From positions 36,069 to 100,068 of the forward strand of contig CACLXJ010000003.1 in assembly GCA_902610845.1 (NCBI GenBank): 64,000 nt of DNA. The letters run 5' to 3'. Both the position numbers and the translations under genes were made by a program. Numbering within the stretch: the first letter of the stretch is position 1; each line of letters starts with the position of its first letter. The notes beneath the pieces were generated by a model. That model was not told the origin of the DNA and ran no database searches. It was given only the letters and a program-made list of their open reading frames with translations. This document shows positions 51,855-60,519 of this stretch, one piece after another. The DNA is from an uncultured Alphaproteobacteria bacterium. GTDB taxonomy: Bacteria > Pseudomonadota > Alphaproteobacteria > HIMB59 > GCA-002718135.

Positions 51855-51882
51855 AAAGGCTGGGATTCAATTCCCAGCTTTT
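51855..51882. terminator. bidirectional intrinsic terminator
   Basis: AAAGGCTGGGA-N6-TCCCAGCTTTT between convergent genes. Confidence 0.8.
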
Positions 51883-51883
51883 A

Positions 51884-52423
51884 TCAACTTAAAGAAAATT
51901 CCTTTACTTTATTAAATGCAAAATGATCCGCGGCATGTTTTTTTGCATACAAAACTTCTTCTACGATACCTTCTTCATTAATCATTATATCTGTTACTGC
52001 AGTATTAAAATATCCTCCAAGAGGAATAGGCATAAATCCTCTTATTAAGGCTGGAAAGATTGCAAATGTTTTATAAATTCCTGCTAAAAATAACTTAAAC
52101 CAACTACGCTCTATTGAATATTTTTGAAAATATTTAAATTCTTCATCAGCTAAAACTGTAAATGGAATGGGGCCATGCTTCTTCATATTTGATTTCAAAA
52201 GATTAACATTTGAATGAAAAATTCCTACGTGGGTGAAATTTGGACCAAATTCATTAAATCTTTTATTAAACTCAAGTAGTCTTAAATTACAAAAAGTGCA
52301 TCCAGCAACTCTATAAAAGGTCAATAAAACTTTTTTACCTTTAGTATCTGATAAATTAAATTGATTACCATCATGTCGAGGTAGGGTAATTTCTTCTAAT
52401 TTATCTCCTTTTTTTATTTTCAT
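51884..52423 (-). CDS. AhpC/TSA redoxin-like protein
   Basis: FYRVAGCTFCNL CxxC motif in a thioredoxin-fold context. Confidence 0.82.
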   Translation of the reverse strand: MKIKKGDKLEEITLPRHDGNQFNLSDTKGKKVLLTFYRVAGCTFCNLRLLEFNKRFNEFGPNFTHVGIFHSNVNLLKSNMKKHGPIPFTVLADEEFKYFQKYSIERSWFKLFLAGIYKTFAIFPALIRGFMPIPLGGYFNTAVTDIMINEEGIVEEVLYAKKHAADHFAFNKVKEFSLS

Positions 52424-52469
52424 ACATAATCATAATACTATAAAAATATTAAATTAATATTAAATTTTA

Positions 52470-52895
52470 ATGACAATTATAATTATACTTAAATTTATCC
52501 ATTATCTTGCAATTGTCTTTTCTAGTGGTGTTTTAGTTGGTGGTGGCGTAATACAATCTGTTTATACAAAGGCAAATCAAATTCCTGATTTAACAATAGC
52601 AAAGATATTAAAGTTACTTGGTTATATAGGTCTTATATCTTTAATTGTATTATGGATATCAGGTATTATTCTTTCAATTAATTTATATGGAGGTTTTACT
52701 ATTAATAGTGCATTTACAATAAAGTTAATTGCAGCAGGTTTTCTTTTAGGGTTATCTGCTTTTGTAAATTTTCATGTTTTTAATTCTTCTAGAAATAATT
52801 TACTACCAAATAAAACTATAATGAAAATTGCAACAATGAGTGGAAGAGGGCTTTTAATTATAGTTCTAATATCTGCTGCTATAGCATTTTATTAA
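52470..52895 (+). CDS. hypothetical 4-TM membrane protein (CopD/DUF2269-like)
   Basis: LKFIHY, LWISG and IKL motifs. Confidence 0.6.
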   Translation: MTIIIILKFIHYLAIVFSSGVLVGGGVIQSVYTKANQIPDLTIAKILKLLGYIGLISLIVLWISGIILSINLYGGFTINSAFTIKLIAAGFLLGLSAFVNFHVFNSSRNNLLPNKTIMKIATMSGRGLLIIVLISAAIAFY

Positions 52896-52915
52896 TCTAT
52901 ATTTATTATTATTTT

Positions 52916-53434
52916 TTATTTTAAAAATTCCTCTAATTTATTCAAAGACTCTTCACTATTTAGAATTTCATTATACATCTCATCAACTAAATACTTACCA
53001 TCTTGAAACTCAGATATAAGAGTTAAAGTATAAGGTTTTATTTCTCCACATATTTCTTGCCTATTATTAGGATCTTTAACTATTCCAGTAGTACAAGATA
53101 CTAGCCACTGCATTCGCATATCACTAATATCGACATCATATGTAGGAGTAATTTCAAGTTCATTTGTATGGTTTGTTATAAAAGTAGTAAAAGTTTCGCT
53201 ATTTTTTTTTGCATCGTTAAGAATATTAACAATTCTTTTACATTTAGATTTATCTCCATCTAATACATGAACTACTGCGTTAATTCTAATATCTCTTACA
53301 ATCGGTATTTCTCCAAAACCAAAATATTGAACTCCACACATGCAAACTCTTTTTTCAACATCACAAGTTCCAGCATTTGATATGTTAAAAAAACTCAAGG
53401 ATAGTAAAAAAATAAAACTGTATAAAATTTTCAT
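52916..53434 (-). CDS. hypothetical secreted Cys-containing protein
   Basis: Signal peptide ending SNA; CDVEKRVCMC. Confidence 0.6.
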   Translation of the reverse strand: MKILYSFIFLLSLSFFNISNAGTCDVEKRVCMCGVQYFGFGEIPIVRDIRINAVVHVLDGDKSKCKRIVNILNDAKKNSETFTTFITNHTNELEITPTYDVDISDMRMQWLVSCTTGIVKDPNNRQEICGEIKPYTLTLISEFQDGKYLVDEMYNEILNSEESLNKLEEFLK

Positions 53435-53485
53435 ACTTTTATTATAAATTTAATTAATATTGATAAAAATATTAGAATTTAATAA

Positions 53486-54553
53486 TTATATTTTTTTAGC
53501 TATACTGATTTCTTTTATATCTGTAATTTTTGTATATCTGTCTATCATTTGAGTAGTTTTATGTCCGCTCATTTTCATAATTTCATGAGTTGGAACACCA
53601 TTCATTCTTGCTTGAGTTATTGATCCAATTCTTAAACTATGGCCTGATATTTTATCACATTCACTTAATCCAGCATCTTGAGCTCTTTTTTTTAAAATTA
53701 AAACAAAGCTTGTGTCAGTTAAACTAATTTTTTTATTATTCTCATTAAGTTCATATTTTCGAATAGAATTAGCTTTATCAATTCGATAGAAAAGGGGGCC
53801 TGAGTTAACCATTGATACTTCTAACCAATGATTTAGCGATCTGACTGGACAATATAAAGCTTCCTCATCATTTTTTTTCTGTAAATAAATTATCCTGCCT
53901 TCACCTTTTTGATCAGTTTTAGAAAAGGGTATAATTATTTCAATACCTTCTTTGTCATATTTTAGATGTTCATATTTCATTCCAAGTAACTCTGATCTTC
54001 TACAAAAGCTAAAATAACCTACTAAAATTAATGCTCTATCTCTAATATTTTTATAATCATCTGTATTATAAGGTATTGAGTCTATTATCTGCTCAATATC
54101 TTTTCTAAGCAGTTCTTTTGCCTGTCCTGTTTTACTATTTTTCTCATCTCTTACAATAGCGCTTATAGTTTCTGAAATAGTTGGATTTTTTCTATCAAAC
54201 TGAAATCCACCTAATCTATATTTATAGGTTATTGAGGCTAATATTCTTTGTATTGTAGAAGCTTTATAAGCTGATGCAGAGTAGGGATTATTATTTATAT
54301 TTTCTCTTCCAGGTATATTGCTAAATCCTTTTAAAATTTTAGCTTCCGGATCTTCATGCAACCAATGCATGTAATTTGCAACAAGTGAATAAGCGCTATC
54401 TAAATCATCAACGTCTAGAGGTTTACATTTGTAATTATTTGTACAGTAATCTTCAAATTTTAACCAATCGCCATTGTATTTATCTCTAGTATTTTTCGCC
54501 TTAGATTTTTCTCTTAGTTTGCTTACATTATCATTAAGTGATATTTTAACCAT
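53486..54553 (-). CDS. Cre-like tyrosine recombinase / site-specific integrase
   Basis: RDRALIL...RRSEL, SKTDQ, CPV, GHSLRIG, SGH and RY give a complete R-K-H-R-H-Y set. Confidence 0.92.
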   Translation of the reverse strand: MVKISLNDNVSKLREKSKAKNTRDKYNGDWLKFEDYCTNNYKCKPLDVDDLDSAYSLVANYMHWLHEDPEAKILKGFSNIPGRENINNNPYSASAYKASTIQRILASITYKYRLGGFQFDRKNPTISETISAIVRDEKNSKTGQAKELLRKDIEQIIDSIPYNTDDYKNIRDRALILVGYFSFCRRSELLGMKYEHLKYDKEGIEIIIPFSKTDQKGEGRIIYLQKKNDEEALYCPVRSLNHWLEVSMVNSGPLFYRIDKANSIRKYELNENNKKISLTDTSFVLILKKRAQDAGLSECDKISGHSLRIGSITQARMNGVPTHEIMKMSGHKTTQMIDRYTKITDIKEISIAKKI

Positions 54554-54559
54554 ATTATA

Positions 54560-54587
54560 TATTACGATAATTACAGTTATCGTAAAT
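54560..54587. promoter_or_regulatory. putative recombinase binding/crossover site (dif/lox-like 11-6-11)
   Basis: TATTACGATAA-TTACAG-TTATCGTAAAT with a perfect 9-bp inverted repeat, separated by 6 nt from the recombinase ATG. Confidence 0.7.
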
Positions 54588-54714
54588 AATAGTCAAGCAT
54601 AAAAATTAATATATATATATCAGTATTATATATATAATATTTTATATCATTTATAATATCATAAACTAGATATAGATTTTCACGTGTAATAAAATACTGT
54701 ATATAGTGTATAGA

Positions 54715-55440
54715 ATGGAACAATTACCGCAGATTTCAGCTGATTCCCAGATCTTTGTATTAACGGGTGCTGGTATAAGTAAAGAGTCTGGGATTGAAAC
54801 TTTTAGAGACTCTGATGGACTTTGGAATAACCATAGGATTGAGGATGTTGCCAGTCCCGAAGGTTTCTATAGAAACCCTACTCTTGTCTATGATTTTTAT
54901 AATAAACGTCGAAAAGAACTAAATTCAGGAATTAAGCCAAATAGGGCCCATATTCTTCTTCATGAATTAGAAAAAACATATAAAATTCATATAGTTACTC
55001 AAAATATCGATAATTTGCATGAGATTGGAGGATCATCATCAATAATTCACATGCACGGTGAGCTAAATAAAGCGAGATGTATAATAAATGATAATCATTT
55101 GTTTGAGTGGACAGAGGACCTAAATGAGATGCATAAATGCCCTAAATGCGGTTCTCAAATGAGACCTCACATAGTGTGGTTTGGTGAAATGCCTATGCAA
55201 ATGGATGAAATTTATGATTTGGTCGAACAATCTAGTCTATTTGTTTCTATAGGCACATCAGGACAAGTCTACCCTGCTGCCGGTTTCGTTTCAATGTTTA
55301 AAGATATGGACAAACCAACAGTTGAATTAAATTTAGAGCCATCAAGTAATCAAAATCAATTTGATTATGCTATTCATAAACCTGCAACAGTTGCCGTTGA
55401 AGAATTTAAAAACTTACTTTTAAGTAATAAAAAAAACTAA
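54715..55440 (+). CDS. cobB: NAD-dependent protein deacylase (sirtuin)
   Basis: LTGAGIS, TFR, FYNKRR, TQNID, HG, RPHIVWFGE and GTSGQVYPAA motifs. Confidence 0.93.
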   Translation: MEQLPQISADSQIFVLTGAGISKESGIETFRDSDGLWNNHRIEDVASPEGFYRNPTLVYDFYNKRRKELNSGIKPNRAHILLHELEKTYKIHIVTQNIDNLHEIGGSSSIIHMHGELNKARCIINDNHLFEWTEDLNEMHKCPKCGSQMRPHIVWFGEMPMQMDEIYDLVEQSSLFVSIGTSGQVYPAAGFVSMFKDMDKPTVELNLEPSSNQNQFDYAIHKPATVAVEEFKNLLLSNKKN

Positions 55441-55523
55441 TTTATTCACATTATTAAATTTTTTTGAACAAATAATTTTTTCTAGAACTTTCATTATAAA
55501 GAATCATTCGCATTAATGTTTTT

Positions 55524-55979
55524 ATGACAAGAAAACGTCCTGATTACACTGAAGCGCGTAATTATTACATAAAAGGAGAGAGAAATGAGTACCCTACTCT
55601 TCAAGACATTGCTACAGAATTCAATTATTCTTTGTCAACCTTAAGAAAACAAGCAGCAAACGAAGGATGGCTTGCAAAAAGAAAAGAAAGGATTGGTCTT
55701 AAAGAAACAATAAAAATGAGAAAGGAATTTATGGGAAAAGCATCTAAGCTTACTAATGTTTCCTTTAATGCGATAAGTGCAGCAGAATATATAATCAAAA
55801 AAATTCAAGAAGATCAAAAGCAAATTGAATTAGGAAATAAAATCTTTGATGTACACATAGCGACAAAGCAAATTTGGGCCTTAAATAATGCTATGAAACT
55901 TGTGGAAAGAGGTCAGCAAACACTTGATGAAATTGAAAATGGACACATGTCCCCTCTTGATGATTTTTCGTTTTTATAA
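55524..55979 (+). CDS. HTH DNA-binding protein resembling the N-terminus of phage terminase small subunits
   Basis: Y..G...TLQDIATEFNYSLSTLRKQAANEGW..R pattern followed by helical segments. Confidence 0.55.
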   Translation: MTRKRPDYTEARNYYIKGERNEYPTLQDIATEFNYSLSTLRKQAANEGWLAKRKERIGLKETIKMRKEFMGKASKLTNVSFNAISAAEYIIKKIQEDQKQIELGNKIFDVHIATKQIWALNNAMKLVERGQQTLDEIENGHMSPLDDFSFL

Positions 55980-56032
55980 TTTTATACGAATAAAAAACAT
56001 TCTTCTAAGAAATACAATTAATTTGTGTGGAC

Positions 56033-56569
56033 CTATTTTTTTAAAATATGTAATATTGCATATTTTCCAGATAAGACTGAAGAACTGATTATTGCATCAT
56101 TATATTTTTTTTCAAATTCATTTTGTGGTAATTCTCCAAAGCTTTCTTTCATTTCTATATTCAGAGCATAAGCTTTAATATTATATATATGCATTCCGTG
56201 TGGAGGACATGGCCCATCATAATTTTCTTTGTAATTACTGTTTTGGCCACTCCTGCCAATACCAATTTTTCCATCTTTCATTGCTGGCAATTCGTTTACG
56301 TCAGTTGGGATATTATATAATATCCAATGAACCCAAATTTTACCTGCCAGGCTCATTGCATCTGGATCATCCATTATTAATACAATTGATTTAGCATTTT
56401 CAGGGACATTAGAGATATTTATTGGAATAGATATATTCTCACCACCTCTTTTCTCACAGGCATACTTTTTTGGTATACTTTCTCCATCATTAAATGCTGA
56501 AGACGTTATTTCTATAGCATTACAACTAAAAGATAATAATAAAAGTGCTGATAAAAAATATTTAATCAT
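56033..56569 (-). CDS. YbhB/YbcL (PEBP/RKIP-like) periplasmic protein
   Basis: DPDA, WVHW and YDGPCPP..H.Y motifs; signal peptide. Confidence 0.9.
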   Translation of the reverse strand: MIKYFLSALLLLSFSCNAIEITSSAFNDGESIPKKYACEKRGGENISIPINISNVPENAKSIVLIMDDPDAMSLAGKIWVHWILYNIPTDVNELPAMKDGKIGIGRSGQNSNYKENYDGPCPPHGMHIYNIKAYALNIEMKESFGELPQNEFEKKYNDAIISSSVLSGKYAILHILKK

Positions 56570-56672
56570 AGTTTTACAATAAAACATTTTATAAAATTAA
56601 TATTAAACAAATATTAATAATAATTTTTAATAAAATAAGGACTCTTCCATATAATTAGCTTATATATCAACT

Positions 56673-56706
56673 GGGTGAGTGGTAAGGCCTATCACTTACC
56701 CTTTTT
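56673..56706 (+). terminator. intrinsic terminator-like hairpin oriented on the + strand
   Basis: GGGTGAGTGGTA-AGGCC-TATCACTTACCC followed by TTTTT; two G-U pairs valid only on +. Confidence 0.6.
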
Positions 56707-57123
56707 CTAATTAATTTGAGGCTCAACTGTTATGAATTTTTTATTAATCCATGAGTTGATTCCACTTTGTGCATTGTAAATAATAGTATTAAATTTCTCA
56801 TCTATCATATTAGCGACTACCTTAGATCTTTTTCCTGATCTACAAATTAAGATTATTGGATCGGTTACATTTATTTCTAGTTGTAATTTTTCGAACCATT
56901 CATCAAAATTATAATTCCCCTCTTCATCGAAAAAAGTTAGTAAAATACTATTTGGAATAACGCCGGTTTGATCCCACTCTGAACTTCTTCTTACATCTAC
57001 AATTGGAATATTATCGTTTGATAATTTTATCATTTCTTGATCATCGACATCTATAACTTCTGCAAATGCAAATTTAACAATCAATAAAGAAACTATGATC
57101 TTTATATAAAATCTAATATTCAT
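56707..57123 (-). CDS. rhodanese-like domain protein (exported)
   Basis: VDVR...EW..TGVI and ICRSGKRS motifs. Confidence 0.88.
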   Translation of the reverse strand: MNIRFYIKIIVSLLIVKFAFAEVIDVDDQEMIKLSNDNIPIVDVRRSSEWDQTGVIPNSILLTFFDEEGNYNFDEWFEKLQLEINVTDPIILICRSGKRSKVVANMIDEKFNTIIYNAQSGINSWINKKFITVEPQIN

Positions 57124-57163
57124 TAATTTTCTTCACAATTAGTTTTGTAGTTATTTAAAAGAA

Positions 57164-57532
57164 TTAATCGTGTTCTCCACCTGGATCATTTTTTGGCAAA
57201 GCAACTTTATAAGGATTGCCATATTTATCTCTGTAGATAACGCTACCTCGTGCTCTATTCGCTGAATGGTAACCTTCTCTAAATTTATAGACATTCTCAG
57301 ATATTTTAAAAGTAGCAATAGTGATAGCAATGGCTGCGATTAAAAGAAAATGTGTAGCAAAAGTTACTCCCATTACATACCAGGATCCAACATAAAGACT
57401 GAATGCGATACACCACATCCAAGCTAATATTTGCAATACCATGTGTCTTACTTGTAGGTCGGGAATGTGCTTTAATGGGTTAAAGTCATGATTCATAACA
57501 CTATCCCAACATTCAACTATAAATTGTCGCAT
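57164..57532 (-). CDS. hypothetical two-TM membrane protein
   Basis: Coherent ORF with W..VM....NPL.HIPD...RH...Q.LAWMWC and C-terminal GGEHD. Confidence 0.7.
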   Translation of the reverse strand: MRQFIVECWDSVMNHDFNPLKHIPDLQVRHMVLQILAWMWCIAFSLYVGSWYVMGVTFATHFLLIAAIAITIATFKISENVYKFREGYHSANRARGSVIYRDKYGNPYKVALPKNDPGGEHD

Positions 57533-57846
57533 GTTTATCAAATAGGTCTTTATTTTAAATAGTAAATACCTTTTTAAATATCATTAATATTTAAAAATAA
57601 ATTTTATTTAAAATTATTTTTTATATTATTCGACCTCCTTAGCTTATCAACCCTTCATTTTTTCTTATTCGTAAGTGTTCACGACATATACGCCACACTA
57701 TTGATACTTATAAAAGTCAAATTTATAAAAATTAATTTTATAAAAAAAAAATTAAAAAAATTTTAAAAAAATTTTATTTTGTACAGGTTGTCACATTTTT
57801 TTATTTTTTTTCAAACTATTTCAAAAATATTAGAAAAGGAAATAAT

Positions 57847-58329
57847 ATGAAAAAAATATTTATTACATTAATTATTCCATTCGTATTTTTTGCTAATGTT
57901 TTAAAAGCAGACGGACACAAACATGATATTGTTGACACTGCTGTTAAAGCTGGCGCGTTTAATACATTGGTTGCTGCAGTACAAGCAGCTGACTTAGTTG
58001 ATACACTTAAAGGCATGGGTCCTTTTACAGTATTTGCACCAACAGACGATGCATTTGCTCTAATTGACGAAGCAACTTTAAATGATCTTCTTAAACCAGA
58101 AAATAAAAGTACTCTAGCTGGAATTTTAACATACCATGTTCTTTCAGGTAAAGTAATGTCAGGAGACATATCTGGAACGATCGAAGCAGTAACAGTTAAT
58201 GGTCAAAAATTAATTGTAAAAGCAGAAAACGGTAAAGTTTTTGTAAATGATGCAGAAGTAATTACTGCAGATATTGAAACTACAAATGGCGTTATTCATG
58301 TCATTAATAAAGTAGTATTACCACAATAA
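57847..58329 (+). CDS. fasciclin (FAS1) domain protein
   Basis: [16 protein letters not shown] and NGVIHVI motifs; signal peptide. Confidence 0.95.
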   Translation: MKKIFITLIIPFVFFANVLKADGHKHDIVDTAVKAGAFNTLVAAVQAADLVDTLKGMGPFTVFAPTDDAFALIDEATLNDLLKPENKSTLAGILTYHVLSGKVMSGDISGTIEAVTVNGQKLIVKAENGKVFVNDAEVITADIETTNGVIHVINKVVLPQ

Positions 58330-58333
58330 TTAA

Positions 58334-58356
58334 TTAGCCCTTATTTTAAGGGCTAA
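58334..58356. terminator. hairpin between convergent genes
   Basis: TTAGCCCTTA-TTT-TAAGGGCTAA perfect 10-bp inverted repeat. Confidence 0.7.
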
Positions 58357-58391
58357 CCCACTTTAATTATTACCAAACTCTTCTTTAAAAT

Positions 58392-58874
58392 TTAGTTTGG
58401 CATTTCTATTGACGTAACAAAATTTAAGGTATCACCACCCATAAATTGAACACCATTTAAATAGCTACCTCCACCAGTCACTCCTTCAAACTTACCTGTT
58501 CCTGAAATAAATGTCCAATCTCCTCCACCTGTAGCAGGCTCCCAATTTCCACTTGTTAGAAAAAGATCTCCATCAGTATCATGAACTGTACACATAAAAA
58601 ATCCCGCTAGAGGTATGCCATCTTTATTTGCAATACCTTTACCCTTACAGTCTGCCATAACTTCTTTAGGCCATCCTTCTGGAGCATCATCATAAATCCA
58701 AAAAGAATCATTGCTCCAGTTCCAAATTTGAGCTTCACTAGCTGTTACTATCGGTGCTTCAAAACCACTTGTATTATATGCGGTTCCAGTAAATTCATAT
58801 TTTTCACCAGCAAATGCTGAACCAAATATTAAAAAAATGGAAGATGTAAAGATTACTAATAATTTATTTTTCAT
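58392..58874 (-). CDS. hypothetical secreted beta-barrel protein (dirigent/allene oxide cyclase-like)
   Basis: Signal peptide; D.DGD and ISGTGKFEGVTGGG motifs. Confidence 0.6.
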   Translation of the reverse strand: MKNKLLVIFTSSIFLIFGSAFAGEKYEFTGTAYNTSGFEAPIVTASEAQIWNWSNDSFWIYDDAPEGWPKEVMADCKGKGIANKDGIPLAGFFMCTVHDTDGDLFLTSGNWEPATGGGDWTFISGTGKFEGVTGGGSYLNGVQFMGGDTLNFVTSIEMPN

Positions 58875-58951
58875 ATTATTCCTCTTTTGTTTTTATAGTT
58901 TGATGAAATTTTATTTAGGTATTAGAAATTCATAATTCAATAATAATATCA

Positions 58952-59230
58952 TTACAGAACTTTTAATAAATCCCCATCATCAATCATTGCTTCAACTTGA
59001 GGAAAAGTACACATTGGTGCCCAACTCATCATGAAGCTGTGAAGTTTTTCATGACTTTCTGCATCTACAATTACATAACCATAGCCACTAGCTGAATTAT
59101 GAACTCTAGCAATTTTAGTCACTCCTTCAGGAAATTCAGCATCTCTTTCTTCTTGAGTCATATTTTTAAATAACTCTTGTGCAGCTAATTTCTTATCTTC
59201 ATATACAACATACTTTAAGTGATATAACAT
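58952..59230 (-). CDS. DUF3303-like dimeric alpha-beta barrel protein
   Basis: PEGVTKIARVH...G.GYVIVDAES...W pattern; start moved to ATG after AGGA. Confidence 0.7.
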   Translation of the reverse strand: MLYHLKYVVYEDKKLAAQELFKNMTQEERDAEFPEGVTKIARVHNSASGYGYVIVDAESHEKLHSFMMSWAPMCTFPQVEAMIDDGDLLKVL

Positions 59231-59408
59231 TTTGTATCCTTTCAATTAAATTATTATGGATTAACTTAACACCAACTAAGAAGATTGTTAATGAACTCTG
59301 CTATATAATTATATCATGTCTATATTGCTTCTAAAGCATTTATCTAACAGTAAAAAATATGTAACAAATTGGATATATTAGATATAAAATTTTTAATGAT
59401 AAAAAGAT

Positions 59409-59753
59409 ATGAGTGATCAAATTGTAGGTGTTTTTATTAAGTTGAAAATCAAAGACATGGATAGTGGATGGAGTGAATTTATTAAATCAACAGTAAGTAA
59501 AGTAAAGGATTTAGGATACCCTTCTCAATACGAATATTATGTTAAAGAAGATATTATTGATCTTCACGAAAGATTTCCAAATAATGAAACTTGGATAAAA
59601 CATATTGATTTCTTTGGAGCAAATGTTGCAGATGATTTTCTCAGTCATTTTAATATAGAATATTTTAATGTTTATGGACCAGTAAATGATCAAGTGAAGG
59701 AATTACTTGATGATTTCAATCCGGTTTTTTACAATATTGTAGGGAAATTATAA
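59409..59753 (+). CDS. antibiotic biosynthesis monooxygenase-like protein
   Basis: YEYY...HERF......H...VYG pattern. Confidence 0.6.
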   Translation: MSDQIVGVFIKLKIKDMDSGWSEFIKSTVSKVKDLGYPSQYEYYVKEDIIDLHERFPNNETWIKHIDFFGANVADDFLSHFNIEYFNVYGPVNDQVKELLDDFNPVFYNIVGKL

Positions 59754-59783
59754 TTTTTGATTTTACTAAACAAAAGGAGATTT

Positions 59784-60104
59784 ATGTTATTTGAAAAATT
59801 ACAAAAAGCACGTTCAGATAAAGATGCTAAAGCTCATAGAGCACTCTTTCATGATGATCATGAATTTATCAGTCATAAACAAAATAAAGTTTTTAAAAAA
59901 AATGAAGGCAGTGAAGAACAAGTATTAGAAATGTTTAATAATATTACTGAAGCAAAAGTTCGTTGTATCTATGAAAACGAAGAAATTTTAGTTACTCATC
60001 GTTTCAATACCTATGCATCTGGAGACAAGGAAGCTCTGATGATAGTAGCATTAAAAAAAGATGGATTAATATGGAGAACAGAGACTGGCGCTACAGAAAT
60101 GTAA
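59784..60104 (+). CDS. NTF2/SnoaL-like protein
   Basis: RCIYENEEILV.H and KDGLIWRTETGAT motifs; AAGGAG RBS. Confidence 0.7.
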   Translation: MLFEKLQKARSDKDAKAHRALFHDDHEFISHKQNKVFKKNEGSEEQVLEMFNNITEAKVRCIYENEEILVTHRFNTYASGDKEALMIVALKKDGLIWRTETGATEM

Positions 60105-60129
60105 ATAAACTTATTTTTAAGGAGGAATT

Positions 60130-60453
60130 ATGAAAAAAGGATATTGGGTTGGACAAGTAAAAGAAATTAAAAATGAAGAAAAATGGGGACAATATTTAGA
60201 GAAATTTATGAATATTGTTGCTGAGGAAGCAGAAAAGAAATCAGGAAATTTTGTACCTACTGCTAGCAGTGAACCAAAATTCTATGTTCAAAAGAATTTT
60301 GATTTATTATATTCAGCAGTCGTTGAATTTAATAGCGTGCAGGACGCAATAGATGGTTACAATGATCCTCGTTATCAAGAAGCTTTGGCACATTTAGGTG
60401 AAAATAAAGAAGATGTTGTTGTAAGAAATTTAGTAATTATAGAAGCAAATTAA
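60130..60453 (+). CDS. DUF1330 family protein
   Basis: KGYW, VVEFNS...A...Y.DP.YQEA and R...IE motifs. Confidence 0.8.
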   Translation: MKKGYWVGQVKEIKNEEKWGQYLEKFMNIVAEEAEKKSGNFVPTASSEPKFYVQKNFDLLYSAVVEFNSVQDAIDGYNDPRYQEALAHLGENKEDVVVRNLVIIEAN

Positions 60454-60519
60454 ATAGCTAAATTAATTAACTATAGACTAATATATTCAACTAAAAGAAA
60501 TAAAAAAAAAGGACGTATT

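Noticed and set aside
54715..55440. Sirtuin next to an integrase as a Sir2 defence effector
   Set aside because: It is an ordinary CobB-length deacylase with the Tyr/Arg acyl-pocket motif and no defence partner domains
53486..55979. Intact prophage
   Set aside because: No structural, replication or lysis genes, no adjacent tRNA, and no flanking direct repeats found
57776..57800. Crp-like site TGTAC-N6-TCACA upstream of the fasciclin gene
   Set aside because: Only one good half-site and no second example to build a motif; could equally be an ECF promoter element or chance
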